Of a stretch of 64,000 nucleotides of DNA, positions 18,737 to 29,573 are shown in pieces. The notes beneath the pieces were generated by a model, which made no database searches, had not been told where the DNA came from, and saw only the letters and a list, made by a program, of their open reading frames with translations. This DNA comes from an uncultured virus (IMG/VR IMGVR_UViG_3300023371_000084). Taxonomy: Duplodnaviria > Heunggongvirae > Uroviricota > Caudoviricetes. The translations under genes were made by a program, and so were the position numbers. Positions within the stretch are counted from its first letter, which is position 1. Every line of letters starts with the position of its first letter. The stretch lies in the IMG/VR virus record IMGVR_UViG_3300023371_000084; one strand, written 5' to 3'.

Positions 18737-21700
18737 AAGTTCTCCACCTTTCTGTAGTTGGTTATCCAGCGCTCCGCTGTATTTGGCACCTCTTCAAATG
18801 TTCCATCTTCGCAGCGCCTCATTTTCGGCTTGGTCTTGCTTGAAAGAATTCTTACAATATCGCCAGCAGACAGTTTGTTTTTTGCAAACAGTTTCTTGTC
18901 AATCTTGAAATCAAGCGTCGTACCATTTTTGAGCGAGTACATTTTCATCTTAGGAGAATACTTTGCATCTACGCTCATTACAACGAGAATTCCAGCATAT
19001 TGCTCGCCGACAACATCCAGATAGCCAAGATGCATCGTCTGAGCGTTCAGCTTTTCTTTCAGACTTCGCTTTTGATACCGGATATGATCAACACAGGAAA
19101 GCATAACCATGCGGATATTGACTCCGGTGAACATCTTTTCTGTTTCTTTTTCTGCATACGGTCTGATTAGGTCAATCGGGAAACCCATGCTTTCAAGCGC
19201 CTGCTTCTTGAACTGACGCTTTCCATCAAGAGTGTCAAACACTTCATATTGCGCCATCAGAAAGTTTGCATCGCCGAATTCTTCAAAGAAGTCAAGCTCA
19301 ATCAGAATCTTGATCTGTCTTGAATTCAGACTTGTCTTTTCGCGCAGATCATAAAGAAGATGCATGAAATTCTTATACTGGTTATTCCTCAGCTCATACA
19401 TCTCATTGGCAACGGCAGCATTCATATATTTAATAGAAGAAATTCCTTTAAAGATTTGATTGCCACTCTTGTCAAAGTTATACTGAGCAATAGAATGCCT
19501 GAACTTGATTGGCGAAATCTTAATACCTACACTCTTTGCATATGCGATGATCGCAAGCGTCTTATCTTCCTTGGTTTCAAAGATGTTGAGCGCAGTTGTA
19601 ATGAATTCAAGCGGATAATGATATCTGAGATAGCCGCAGATATAGCCAATCCAAGAATACGGATCTGAATGGTTCTTTGAGAAAAGATATGAACTTGCAT
19701 CCTCGATAACCTTGATGAAATTAACAATAAGCTTTTCCGCTTCATCCTCAGATACGCCGTACTTTTCCTTCATCGTCTTAGAGAAGCCGGATTTAATCTT
19801 TGGAATGAATTTTTCTGTTCCTGTTTTCTTGGCAAAACCGCGTCGCACTACGTCTGCTTCGCCCATTGTATAGCCGCAGAACGAGTGCAGGAATTCGATA
19901 ATTTGTTCCTGATAGACCAGATATCCAAGCGTCGGTGCAAGGAAGTTATTAAGCGCTTCATGACCATTATCCTGATAGATTCCCTGAGCAAGCTTGTCAC
20001 GATATGATTCACCAGCAGGGCGAATTGCACCATTACCGATTGAAAGCAAGTCCATATAGGAGAAGTTAGGGTTCTTTTCCTTAATGGCTTCAATGGTCTT
20101 ATCGCTCATGAGTTGCTTTAAGTATGCTGTAGCGCTTCCAGATTCCCATTGGAAGATCATTGTTGTATCGTCACGAATGCTCCTCCAAACGGCCAAATCA
20201 TCAGACGGCGTGTTATCTGGTGTGAGGAATGGAATTCCTGCTAAATCGCACGTTTTATAAATCAGGCCGATGTTATCCAGACCAAGAATATCCAGCTTAA
20301 CAAAATTCAGAGAATCAATCTCTTTCATGTTGAGCATGGAAATTGGGTACTCATCCGTGGACGTGGTAAACGTGCCGAACCACTCATCAACCGGGATCGG
20401 AGAGACCACGCAGCCCGCAGGGTGATTGCCAACGGACACGATACAATCCTTCACCAGATCAACATACTTGAAGACTTTGGGATGCTTCTTTCTTGCCGCC
20501 TGCTCGTCAACCTCTGCAAGCGCAATAATCTCGTCTGCAATCTTCATGTAATTGCCGCCAGAAACCCTTTCAATCTCTTCCTTCAGGTCTTCCGGCATGG
20601 TAAATTCTGTACCTTGACCATTGAGCGCATCAGCAGTCCGCTTGTACTCATCGTATACCTTTTGCCACTTTGGACTGAGCTTTGATCGCGGATCGAGTTC
20701 TCTGTACAGGCCACGGCATACATCTTTGATCGCGCCTTTCAGCGCAATGGTATTAAAAGTGACGATATCACAGCAGTACAGGCCATGCTTGCTATACAGG
20801 TAATCCTTGACAACCTTTCTATCTTCGGATAGCCAGTCCGTATCGATATCGGCAAGGCTGACACGCTCCTTGTTCATGAATCGCTCAAAGTTCAGATTCA
20901 GGCGAACGCTGTCAACCTCCGTGATGCCAAGCAGGTACGCAATGATGCTGCCAGACACGGAACCACGGCTGTAACCAAATTTGATATTCCTACGGCGCAT
21001 TTCGGACTTGTAATCCTCTTCAAGCAGCATAAAATCAATGGCATTATTATGCTTATACGTATCAAATTCCTGATGGATTCGCTTTACGTATCTATCGTAG
21101 TCCGGGTATTTCATGATACCGCGACGGACAACGCCCTCGTTGATCTTCTTCTTGAATACACCTTCCGAATCGTCATACAGCTTTGGATACTTAGCGCTGT
21201 AATCCAGTTTGAACGGTTCAACCATATCTGCAAGAACATTCGTGTTTTCAATAGCTTCATATACCACATCCATAGGAAGTGATTTCTGAATCTCATAAGC
21301 GCGAATCAGTTGTTTGCAGGTTTTAAAAGTCAAATCCCAAGCATCTTCATTCGCAAAACGAACACCTTTTGATTTTTGGAGCAACGCTCTGCCGTCCATA
21401 TGTTCGTCATTAAGAGCATGTGTATCAGTTCCGGCGATCAGCGGAATGCCCGTCGTTTTGCTCAAATCATACAGCAGGCGATTATACTCAATCTGTTCTT
21501 CGCAGTTATGATGCTGGATCTCCAAGAAGCAGCGATGCTTGTTCATGGCAAGGAATCCAAGCATTTTTTCTTTTTCGATGACAGAACCGTTATGCAGCAC
21601 GCCACCAAGACAAGCGGTTGTTACAATGATGTTATCTGACGTTGCAAACAACTCTTCAAATGTAATTCGCGGCGTATAGTAAAAATGATTATCGTCGATT

Positions 21701-22041
21701 CTTCCAAACGATTTGGAAATGAGCTTGTTCAGCTCTTTTACACCATCATAGTTTTTTGCGATCAGAACGCAGTGGTAATTGTCCCTCACCTTTTCTGTGA
21801 TGGTGGATGTCAAATAGGTTTCGACGGCATGAATATACTTCATACCAGCCTTTTCGATTTCTTCTTTTTTATGTTTCCAGAAAAACAGATTGCCGTGCTC
21901 TGAAAACGCCATCGCTTTCATGCCGCAAGCTTTTGCCGCTTCGACGTACAAATCTGGAAATGTAATAGAATCGATATTGGTTGTGCCATTTGACAATTGT
22001 GAGTGCAGATGATACAGCACATACTGCATCGGTATTCTCAT
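18733..22041 (-). CDS. dnaE: DNA polymerase III alpha subunit
   Basis: PHP domain (HLHS, SEHG), RGS.SGS, FERF, DIDTD, KLDILGL, YQEQ, F.KNH. Confidence 0.97.
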   Translation of the reverse strand: MRIPMQYVLYHLHSQLSNGTTNIDSITFPDLYVEAAKACGMKAMAFSEHGNLFFWKHKKEEIEKAGMKYIHAVETYLTSTITEKVRDNYHCVLIAKNYDGVKELNKLISKSFGRIDDNHFYYTPRITFEELFATSDNIIVTTACLGGVLHNGSVIEKEKMLGFLAMNKHRCFLEIQHHNCEEQIEYNRLLYDLSKTTGIPLIAGTDTHALNDEHMDGRALLQKSKGVRFANEDAWDLTFKTCKQLIRAYEIQKSLPMDVVYEAIENTNVLADMVEPFKLDYSAKYPKLYDDSEGVFKKKINEGVVRRGIMKYPDYDRYVKRIHQEFDTYKHNNAIDFMLLEEDYKSEMRRRNIKFGYSRGSVSGSIIAYLLGITEVDSVRLNLNFERFMNKERVSLADIDTDWLSEDRKVVKDYLYSKHGLYCCDIVTFNTIALKGAIKDVCRGLYRELDPRSKLSPKWQKVYDEYKRTADALNGQGTEFTMPEDLKEEIERVSGGNYMKIADEIIALAEVDEQAARKKHPKVFKYVDLVKDCIVSVGNHPAGCVVSPIPVDEWFGTFTTSTDEYPISMLNMKEIDSLNFVKLDILGLDNIGLIYKTCDLAGIPFLTPDNTPSDDLAVWRSIRDDTTMIFQWESGSATAYLKQLMSDKTIEAIKEKNPNFSYMDLLSIGNGAIRPAGESYRDKLAQGIYQDNGHEALNNFLAPTLGYLVYQEQIIEFLHSFCGYTMGEADVVRRGFAKKTGTEKFIPKIKSGFSKTMKEKYGVSEDEAEKLIVNFIKVIEDASSYLFSKNHSDPYSWIGYICGYLRYHYPLEFITTALNIFETKEDKTLAIIAYAKSVGIKISPIKFRHSIAQYNFDKSGNQIFKGISSIKYMNAAVANEMYELRNNQYKNFMHLLYDLREKTSLNSRQIKILIELDFFEEFGDANFLMAQYEVFDTLDGKRQFKKQALESMGFPIDLIRPYAEKETEKMFTGVNIRMVMLSCVDHIRYQKRSLKEKLNAQTMHLGYLDVVGEQYAGILVVMSVDAKYSPKMKMYSLKNGTTLDFKIDKKLFAKNKLSAGDIVRILSSKTKPKMRRCEDGTFEEVPNTAERWITNYRKVENL

Positions 22042-22044
22042 GGC

Positions 22045-22854
22045 TTACCTCTCACTGTCTTCGTAAAGTTTGTATTCGCAGCTATTTCTAAATTCACATA
22101 GATTGTGGCAATAGAAATAATCCATTGTTTCCGGGAAATCCTTTTCCTTTCTGATACACTGAATCGTATCGACAAACCATGCGATTGCCTGATCGTATTC
22201 CTTTTGATCAAACGGAATCGTGACGAATTTCTGAGCCTTGAAATGATTCCAAACTATCCACTTGGGAAATCTTTTATAAAGCTGGTTGACTGCATTGCAA
22301 TACAGATACATCTGCTTTTTATAGGACATGAAGCTTTTTTCGTTGGCCTTTAGAAGTTTTCCCGTTTTACTTGAAAGCGGATATGCAGCAGACTTATGGT
22401 CAAGAACGACAAGTTCGCCTGTTTCCTTATGCTTTAAAAGCAGATCAATGAATCCCTTAAACGGATGCCCCTCAATCTTAAACTCCACTTCAAGCTCTAC
22501 GCCAATTACTTCGTATTCATCAAGCCAAGACAGGTCTTCCTCTTCAAGATAAGACAAACATGCATCGTATGTTTTCTCCATGATCGAAGACTTTGTGCCA
22601 TATAGCACATAGTCGTCATAATGATTGACAAAATACTCCGCAGCATCATCGATACACATTTCTCCCTTGAAAACACGTTCAAGGATTTCATGCATGAAAC
22701 TGCCAACTTCTGCCCAATAGTTTCCTTCAGCCAGATATTCGTCGTCGTTTTCTACGATATACTTCAAATAGAAGGAATAGCGGCACTGCTCAAATGTGCT
22801 TAAACGAGAATAAGACCAGACCATTTGGTTGATCTTGTCTTCGTAGTCATTCAA
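22045..22854 (-). CDS. PD-(D/E)XK exonuclease (RecB/Cas4-like)
   Basis: WSYSRL..F..C, G...HE.LE, G.IDLL, DHKS, Q..LY, C...C.F...C; TTG start. Confidence 0.85.
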   Translation of the reverse strand: MNDYEDKINQMVWSYSRLSTFEQCRYSFYLKYIVENDDEYLAEGNYWAEVGSFMHEILERVFKGEMCIDDAAEYFVNHYDDYVLYGTKSSIMEKTYDACLSYLEEEDLSWLDEYEVIGVELEVEFKIEGHPFKGFIDLLLKHKETGELVVLDHKSAAYPLSSKTGKLLKANEKSFMSYKKQMYLYCNAVNQLYKRFPKWIVWNHFKAQKFVTIPFDQKEYDQAIAWFVDTIQCIRKEKDFPETMDYFYCHNLCEFRNSCEYKLYEDSER

Positions 22855-22855
22855 T

Positions 22856-23878
22856 TTACACCACCTTCTTCCTCGATTGATATAGTTGCTCCCATATGTC
22901 ACGGCCAAGATCAACGGGGGCATTCTTCGCTTCTGTACCGCCAAGAAGCTTTTTACGGTCTTCGATGACGAATACATTGGTTACTCGTTTCAGGTATTCG
23001 ATGTTTTCACGAACATCTTTCTGCTTATAACTCACATCAGAATCGTAAGCGAAAACAACATTTACTCTGAGCTTAACCAGAAGGGAAATCTGTTCTGGCG
23101 TTAATGAGTGCTTTTCTGCTGACGCAGCATTCTTATATCCCCAGCCATATGCTTTCATGACAGACTTGACAGATTCAAAAATGATCACTTCGCCCTTTTC
23201 CTTGACATATGGGAGCGTAATGTCAAGCCCTTGAAAATAATCGACCACACCGACTGGATGATAGTTGATATACTTGGGCATATTGAGCGCCTTATAATTT
23301 TGATAGCGCGTTCTTCCTTTTACATTGATGAGCTTTCCATGAATGTCGCGGACAGGATATACAATGCGGTTTTGCCATGCATCGATTTTCACGCCGAACA
23401 AGTCCATAACACTTTGCTCGATACCTTCGTCAACCCATTCTTTCGCTGGCTGATCGTAGTATTTGTTCATTTCAGATTCAGGAAAAACTTCATGAACGAA
23501 TTTCTCCTGTTTTGATTTTTGAGCAAAGAGTTTTAGCTTCCGAAGAAAGATTACCGTTTCAGATCGGCACATCTTGCTCAAGTCCATGTTTGCGATCTTT
23601 GCCGCTTTTTCTACGGCTTCATCGAATCCCATCTTCTCATAATCGATCAGATAGCCGATAATTCCGCCGGAACGACCACATGAGAAACAATAGTATGAAT
23701 TCTTTTCAGGAGTAATGGAAAAAGAAGGGGTGATGTCCGTATGAAGCGGGCAGCTTGCCCAATAATCCCTTCCCTTCTTTTTCATTTCCATATGCTGACT
23801 TACATAGCCAAGCAGATCCGCGTTTTCATTGATTTGCAAGAGCATACCATCGTCATATTTGGTTTTGTCTTGTCGCAT
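22856..23878 (-). CDS. DNA primase
   Basis: CHC2 finger (CPLH.D.TPSF...CFSC) and Toprim (FES, YDSD). Confidence 0.9.
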   Translation of the reverse strand: MRQDKTKYDDGMLLQINENADLLGYVSQHMEMKKKGRDYWASCPLHTDITPSFSITPEKNSYYCFSCGRSGGIIGYLIDYEKMGFDEAVEKAAKIANMDLSKMCRSETVIFLRKLKLFAQKSKQEKFVHEVFPESEMNKYYDQPAKEWVDEGIEQSVMDLFGVKIDAWQNRIVYPVRDIHGKLINVKGRTRYQNYKALNMPKYINYHPVGVVDYFQGLDITLPYVKEKGEVIIFESVKSVMKAYGWGYKNAASAEKHSLTPEQISLLVKLRVNVVFAYDSDVSYKQKDVRENIEYLKRVTNVFVIEDRKKLLGGTEAKNAPVDLGRDIWEQLYQSRKKVV

Positions 23879-23898
23879 GATATACCCCTCCCAGATCA

Positions 23899-25251
23899 TC
23901 AATAGCCAACATTTCTGTCGTGCTTTTCTGCTTCCACGATGGTCATTCTGTCGCCATCGAAGACAAAATCGATGTAGTCCATCTCATCATCTTCTGCCAT
24001 TTGCTGACCAAGGCGATTGACGTAGATTTTGGCAAATGCATTTCCGCATTGCATGCCATCCCTTGCGATCATCTCTTGGCTCTTATACTCCCACTTGATG
24101 CCAACAGACAAATACCTATTGATCTTGATACTATCGGCAACCTCGCCATTTCGATTAAGCTGACAGGCTGCAAGCACGGCAAGATCAAGCTCTCCGGCGA
24201 TGTTGTTCTTCAGAAAATCACACTTTGCGCCAAGCACATTGTAGTTATCGCCCGTAGAAGTTTCATTGCTCTTCAGATAGTCAAAGACCATAAACGTAAG
24301 ACCCATCTTACGCTTGAGCATTTTGCAAATCGCATATAGCTTTTCATTGCTCACGTTTGTCTCATAGATATGGACAAACGGCTGCTTCTTGAGCCACTGT
24401 CTCCACTGCTCAATACGTTTGGCCTCTTCATTGGTGTAGTGGCCGTTTTTGATGCGTTTCATTTCAATGCCTGTCAGATGCGCAAGCAGACGTTCTACAT
24501 AAAGTCTTGTCGGCATTTCGCTATCGACAACCAATGTCGGGATGCCATTCTTGAGCTTATGGACAACCTCGTTCATGAGGAATACGGACTTGCCTTGCTT
24601 ATACTTGGCCTGAATGACGACAAGCTCGCCGGGTTCATAGGTGTAATAATCCATGAAGCTCTTATATTTGGACGGAATTCCATAGTTTCCATCCGTTGTT
24701 CGCCTGTTTTCAATCTCGCTCCAAATGTCGTCAATCTGATTGCCGAGCGTTTGGATGTCATCGCTGACCATATACTTTTGCGTTAAACGGTCAAGATCGC
24801 TGTATACGGCGTTGTTGAGTTTGTCGAGGTCGTAATCCGGCGAATAGCATTTTGCGATAATCTCATTGAGAGACTTATTGAGATCCCGCTTAAATGCGAG
24901 CGTAACGACATTGTTAGCGAGCATTTTATACTCTTCAATCGTATGTCTCGCAGTCTCCTTATACAGATCGACAAATTCCTGTACGGACGGCAGATTGTAT
25001 TTGTCGATTGTTTTTTGTACGCCGCTATGACTTTGCAACTTATTGGAGATGTTATAAGCGTCAATGTTCGTAATTCCATCGTTATACAGTGCCTGAATCG
25101 CCCAATAGATGCAGCCGTTTTCAACGCTGTAAAAATAACCGGGCTGGAGATACTCTGTATGCAGAATGAAATCTGGATGATAGATCAACGTTCCGATGAT
25201 TCCGCTTTCTGACTGGATATCGGATAGTTCAGAAATCTCTCTCATGCTCAT
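23899..25251 (-). CDS. replicative DnaB-like helicase
   Basis: Walker A AKYKQGKS, SEM, FDYLK, CQLNR. Confidence 0.9.
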   Translation of the reverse strand: MSMREISELSDIQSESGIIGTLIYHPDFILHTEYLQPGYFYSVENGCIYWAIQALYNDGITNIDAYNISNKLQSHSGVQKTIDKYNLPSVQEFVDLYKETARHTIEEYKMLANNVVTLAFKRDLNKSLNEIIAKCYSPDYDLDKLNNAVYSDLDRLTQKYMVSDDIQTLGNQIDDIWSEIENRRTTDGNYGIPSKYKSFMDYYTYEPGELVVIQAKYKQGKSVFLMNEVVHKLKNGIPTLVVDSEMPTRLYVERLLAHLTGIEMKRIKNGHYTNEEAKRIEQWRQWLKKQPFVHIYETNVSNEKLYAICKMLKRKMGLTFMVFDYLKSNETSTGDNYNVLGAKCDFLKNNIAGELDLAVLAACQLNRNGEVADSIKINRYLSVGIKWEYKSQEMIARDGMQCGNAFAKIYVNRLGQQMAEDDEMDYIDFVFDGDRMTIVEAEKHDRNVGY

Positions 25252-25733
25252 TTACCTCCTAGAATACTGGCAAATCCAGAAGGTTTCTTAGGTGCTGAAA
25301 ACACCGGAACATTATCGATGTCCTGCTTGACAACGAACTGAGCCTGCTTGACCACTGGTTTTGTTTTCTTTGTGTAAGCATCCCGAATGTTCTGGTTATC
25401 AACGTAGTATTTAAAACCCATTGGATATCTGAGTTTGCAGTGATTATCGATGACGTACTGCATAACGAACACCAGATACCCGGATGTTACTCCGGGAATA
25501 TCCAGTAGTTCAGACAGCACCTTATTAAGCTGAGAAATGACAACGGTTGCGCTGACATGCTTCATCCATAGGTCACGAATGAGCATCATATCCTTTTTCT
25601 CCTGAAAACAGGACTCATGATAATAGCCATTCTTTTCTTTGACGAACGGCTCTGAATCAATCAGAATCTTGCCGCCATGTTTGCAGCGCTTATTCTTACA
25701 AACCCTTGTCTTCTCACCTGATTTAGCGCTCAT
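25248..25733 (-). CDS. hypothetical replication-associated protein
   Basis: N-terminal Cys/His motif, upstream of helicase. Confidence 0.6.
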   Translation of the reverse strand: MSAKSGEKTRVCKNKRCKHGGKILIDSEPFVKEKNGYYHESCFQEKKDMMLIRDLWMKHVSATVVISQLNKVLSELLDIPGVTSGYLVFVMQYVIDNHCKLRYPMGFKYYVDNQNIRDAYTKKTKPVVKQAQFVVKQDIDNVPVFSAPKKPSGFASILGGK

Positions 25734-25736
25734 TGT

Positions 25737-26354
25737 TTATTCCTCTTTTTCAAGCAGATAGGTTGCTTCAACGTCCGCCTCATGAATGGCAAGAATCAAT
25801 GGATGCTTTTTCATGGCAAGACCGAGCGTATTCCAGCTTTCCTTTGGCTCAGTGAATCCCATATGCCAACGGATCGCGTAACGCTCAACGGGCTTGAGCC
25901 TGATATACTCTTCGATCATCATGACGGACTTTTCGCCATGACCATACGGAATTTTGTCATCCGTCGTATAGCCGGGAACGAGCTGCCAATCATAGCGACC
26001 ACCATTATCGACCTTGCTGCCCGTTTCGCTGTACACCTTCTTGTTCTTCATTTCTACCGCATAGTAATAACACTTGCAGAGATCATGAAGCAGAGCGGCA
26101 ATAACGATGCTCTCCGGCTCAACTTGAGAAAGCGCTTCTGCCCAAGTGGGGTTTTCAAGCTTTGCCATTAGGCAATCGTAAACGTTGAGGCTGTGCTCAA
26201 GCAGTCCGCCCTCGTGACAGGAATGATAGCGCGTGCTTGCAGGAGCCGTATAAAAATCGGACTTCTTAATAAAAGCCATCAGCGCAGGCATTCCTTCACG
26301 CTTGACGTTGGAAAGCAGATTTTCAAAGCGATCAATGTTCATCTGGTTATCCAT
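25737..26354 (-). CDS. HD-domain phosphohydrolase
   Basis: APASTRYH..GGLLEHSLNV, LLHDLCK, HG, WHMG, D. Confidence 0.9.
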   Translation of the reverse strand: MDNQMNIDRFENLLSNVKREGMPALMAFIKKSDFYTAPASTRYHSCHEGGLLEHSLNVYDCLMAKLENPTWAEALSQVEPESIVIAALLHDLCKCYYYAVEMKNKKVYSETGSKVDNGGRYDWQLVPGYTTDDKIPYGHGEKSVMMIEEYIRLKPVERYAIRWHMGFTEPKESWNTLGLAMKKHPLILAIHEADVEATYLLEKEE

Positions 26355-26393
26355 ATTATTACCTCGATATACTTTTTCTGCTTTGGTTATTTG

Positions 26394-26810
26394 TTAGAAC
26401 GGAAGCTCTTCTTCGTCAGCTTCGGTTGCTGCAGGAGCTGGCTTTGAAGCCTTTGGAGAAGACTTTGCTGCACTGCTGGACTTTCCACCAGTCTTGCCGC
26501 CACCGTTTGAATCCGGGAATTCGAAATCAAACACCATGTAATTGGTATACAGCTTCTTCTTATCCGCATCGTATCGGTTCTCTACATCGCAGGAGAGAAT
26601 CTTGATGGAAATACCGCCGTCGCCAACGGTAACGCCAGAAATCTTCTTGTGCGCTTCGCCAACAAATCGAGTGTATCCATCCTTGAAGACAACCTCGTAC
26701 TTTGATTCATCTTCCCTAGACTTACGGCTTACCGTAATATTTGCAGTGGAATAGTTTTCGTGCGCGGTTACGCTCCATACTCGCGCAAATGCATCCTGTC
26801 TAAAACCCAT
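26394..26810 (-). CDS. ssb: single-stranded DNA-binding protein
   Basis: OB-like body, flexible linker, acidic DEEELPF tail. Confidence 0.75.
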   Translation of the reverse strand: MGFRQDAFARVWSVTAHENYSTANITVSRKSREDESKYEVVFKDGYTRFVGEAHKKISGVTVGDGGISIKILSCDVENRYDADKKKLYTNYMVFDFEFPDSNGGGKTGGKSSSAAKSSPKASKPAPAATEADEEELPF

Positions 26811-26820
26811 AGTTTATTCC

Positions 26821-27459
26821 TCACTTTCTTACAGCCAGAAGCTGACGTTCCAGTTTTTCAAGAACACCCATGTCGTCAATGTTCTTATAGTTGCCAGTAA
26901 TCTCATCGTCTTCCATCTGCGGATTGGCGGATTTTTCTGCGGCTACGCAGTATTCCTTAACCTTTGCCTTTGCAGCATCAGACAATGCGCACTTCTTCTT
27001 GACCAGTTCTGCGATCTTTTCCTGCAGCTCAATGATCTTGGTAAGCTCTTCCGGCAGATCCTCAGATTCATAGATATACAGGCCAAGACCATGGAGGGCG
27101 ATACACTTGACAAGGCAACGCTTAATGGATTTATTTGCATCGACGGACGTAATATCCGCTGCCGGAATCGCCTTGTTCGCATGATTCATGATGGCAAGCG
27201 TTTCAATGATCTCTTCGCCATCGATGGTTACGCCGACCTCAACCCAACCAGACTTATCATCCGTATGCCACGGGCGGGTATTGCCACCATCATCCATGAT
27301 CTGCTTATACACATGAAACTTTGCATCAGGGTAGCGCTTCTTCACCTCTGCCCATGCAGATGCCCAAGAAATGTATCTCAGGTTATTCTTTTCTTTAATC
27401 TTTTCGCTGACATCAACGTTACTGAGCACGGCAAACGTGCTCTTTTTTTCTTCCGTCAT
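26821..27459 (-). CDS. Sak/Rad52-like single-strand annealing protein (DUF1071)
   Basis: L.YISWA.AW, N.SI.RCLVKC.ALHGLGLYIY.EDLP. Confidence 0.85.
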   Translation of the reverse strand: MTEEKKSTFAVLSNVDVSEKIKEKNNLRYISWASAWAEVKKRYPDAKFHVYKQIMDDGGNTRPWHTDDKSGWVEVGVTIDGEEIIETLAIMNHANKAIPAADITSVDANKSIKRCLVKCIALHGLGLYIYESEDLPEELTKIIELQEKIAELVKKKCALSDAAKAKVKEYCVAAEKSANPQMEDDEITGNYKNIDDMGVLEKLERQLLAVRK

Positions 27460-27462
27460 ATC

Positions 27463-27708
27463 TTAGTCTTCCTTTCCTGCCGAATTCGGCGGCATAATAT
27501 TTGCTCCGACCTCAAGAATCTCTTTCAGCTCACGCAGCTTATTCACGACATCGCGGTTATGCCTGCCAAGCTGGTTCTTGTATCCGGTTGTAGCCATTCT
27601 CAGGGGATTGATGTAGTTGAGCTGCTGCTCAATGATTTCTTCCATTTCTGCAAAGTCTTCATCGGTAATGCAAAGAATGGCTTCGCAAATCGTATTGATC
27701 TTCTCCAA
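27463..27708 (-). CDS. hypothetical protein
   Basis: ORF in operon. Confidence 0.5.
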   Translation of the reverse strand: MEKINTICEAILCITDEDFAEMEEIIEQQLNYINPLRMATTGYKNQLGRHNRDVVNKLRELKEILEVGANIMPPNSAGKED

Positions 27709-27713
27709 GGGAA

Positions 27714-28628
27714 TCAGCCTCCTCGTACATACTTATCGATATACTCACGGTCTTTTGTAAAAATTGGGATCTCCATATCAACAATCCATCTGGATCGCTG
27801 AATGGTTGGAACATCGAGTTCTGGTGCGATAGGAATGAATTCAATGTCCTGCCAGTTTTCAGGAGAATCCTTCTTTGGACGAACCTTTGTCATTGGAACC
27901 TTCGTTTCGTAGGTCTCCTTGATCACACAGGAACCGCGCTTCTTATGCGTTTCAATGTCGTTCCAGTTGATACCATACTTTTCAATGAGCATGTCCTGAA
28001 TCTGGCTGGTATTCTTGTCGTTCATCTCTTTATGAGAGAAATATGCTCTGCCAAGCATATTGATGGAATTCCTAGATGCGTCCTGCTGCCGCCAGATGAA
28101 GTAATTGCACACCTCTTCTTTGGGGAGAAGGAATGCACGGGCATCGAACATTGCCATGCCACATTTTGCTTTATACCTGTTCATTACTTCGGCATATGCC
28201 TTTTGACGATCTTCCGTAGTGTTATGCAATTCATCGTTGTAAGCATAATTTGCTGCATCAAAAGTTGCATCGGTAAATGCTTGGTTGAACGCCATAGTCG
28301 CCATACTTGCTGCGACGGACACCATCTTCTGCAAATTCTTGCTAAACCATGGCTGCGTATTGAACGTCTTATAATCCGTCAGAAGAAGTGAAATCTCGTC
28401 CGACTGCGTATAAGCAAGCTTGCACCCCTCGATGTTTTCGCACAGATACTTCGCTGTCTGCTGCATCGAAGAAATGAGAACGTTGTCATATGGCTGCGTA
28501 AAATTGCGGGTATAACTACGGAACGCCTTGCCATCAATACGGATAATCAGAGGCATGCGCCTAGTCAGATAAATGCGATGCACATTTTGATATGCTTTCA
28601 TTCGGTCGCCAAGTGCGTCTCTATTCAT
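27714..28628 (-). CDS. tRNA(His) guanylyltransferase Thg1-like protein (3'-5' polymerase)
   Basis: IRIDGKAF..YT, YTQSDEIS, FDAR, YF.WRQ.D..RNSI. Confidence 0.93.
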   Translation of the reverse strand: MNRDALGDRMKAYQNVHRIYLTRRMPLIIRIDGKAFRSYTRNFTQPYDNVLISSMQQTAKYLCENIEGCKLAYTQSDEISLLLTDYKTFNTQPWFSKNLQKMVSVAASMATMAFNQAFTDATFDAANYAYNDELHNTTEDRQKAYAEVMNRYKAKCGMAMFDARAFLLPKEEVCNYFIWRQQDASRNSINMLGRAYFSHKEMNDKNTSQIQDMLIEKYGINWNDIETHKKRGSCVIKETYETKVPMTKVRPKKDSPENWQDIEFIPIAPELDVPTIQRSRWIVDMEIPIFTKDREYIDKYVRGG

Positions 28629-28870
28629 AATGTGTTACTTCCTCTTCGTTGTAAGAATCGCTGTTTTTCAATACCTGTCCCGTTTCAATAACGTATCCGG
28701 CACCGCAGTTTGGACATTCCAGCGATTCAAGCAATGTATGTGTTGGACGGACTGCTATCCATCGCTTATAGCATTTGAGGCAGATTACCTTTGACACCAT
28801 ATGCGGAAGATAATCTGCAAGCTGTGCAACAAAGCACCCGTTTGATCTTGTTTCGCCTGATTGCATACGG

Positions 28871-29332
28871 CTAATCCCTCCACTGGACAGCAGCGATTTC
28901 ATCATCAGATGGCTTTTTCGTAAAGACAACATATCTTTTTCCGTATCCTTCACGCACAAAATCCATTTGATTCTGATCGTTGAAATTAATGCCATAAGTG
29001 ATTGAAACGACATGCTCCCATCCAGATTTACGCTTTGGATCGCGTGAAAGCCAATACAGAACGGGGACGCTGTTCTTATCCTGCACATAGGCAATCATCT
29101 CATCCACTGTGAGAGGCTTTAGAGGCTCTGGCAGGATCTTCATGTAATCTTCAAGCATCACAGCGGCTTGATCAAAGATGCAATCTTTATCCTTGTCAAA
29201 CCCGTCAGTACCGCTTTTGCACCAATTGTAAGCTGGGCATTTTGCGCCGCAGTTAAACGGGATATAAGAAGCCTGTGCTGCGCATTTCAGGCTATCAGCA
29301 ACGGAGGCAATTTCTTCCTTATTATATGTCAC
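28871..29332 (-). CDS. hypothetical protein, shared C-terminal KPL...YG.W..KP domain
   Basis: paralogous C-terminus with 33264, 39186, 53964. Confidence 0.6.
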   Translation of the reverse strand: MTYNKEEIASVADSLKCAAQASYIPFNCGAKCPAYNWCKSGTDGFDKDKDCIFDQAAVMLEDYMKILPEPLKPLTVDEMIAYVQDKNSVPVLYWLSRDPKRKSGWEHVVSITYGINFNDQNQMDFVREGYGKRYVVFTKKPSDDEIAAVQWRD

Positions 29333-29562
29333 TTAGAAGCCGCCGCCTTTTCTGCTGCCTGCTTGCGCCCGGATTCAAACTTTTCATAGGAACTATCGAC
29401 AAAAGCGATAATGGCATCAAGCTTCTCCTTGTCGCTCTTTGTCTCGTCGCTGTAAATAGACTTGATGATTCTGATGGTCATCAGAATGCCGGAGGCGGTT
29501 GCCGTCTTCTGCATCTTATCCATGATCTCATGCGCAGCTTTCATGTTCTTCTTGCTCTTCAT
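29329..29562 (-). CDS. hypothetical protein
   Basis: GAGGTG RBS, ORF. Confidence 0.55.
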   Translation of the reverse strand: MKSKKNMKAAHEIMDKMQKTATASGILMTIRIIKSIYSDETKSDKEKLDAIIAFVDSSYEKFESGRKQAAEKAAASK

Positions 29563-29573
29563 TCTATTTCACC

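Noticed and set aside
14211..22041. Inteins or introns in nrdD/dnaE
   Set aside because: Both ORFs are continuous and of normal length. The short DnaE insertion lacks intein C/S...HN or LAGLIDADG motifs.
22045..22854. Cas4-like nuclease as a sign of CRISPR
   Set aside because: No repeat-spacer array or other cas genes; it sits in the replication module as a typical phage exonuclease.
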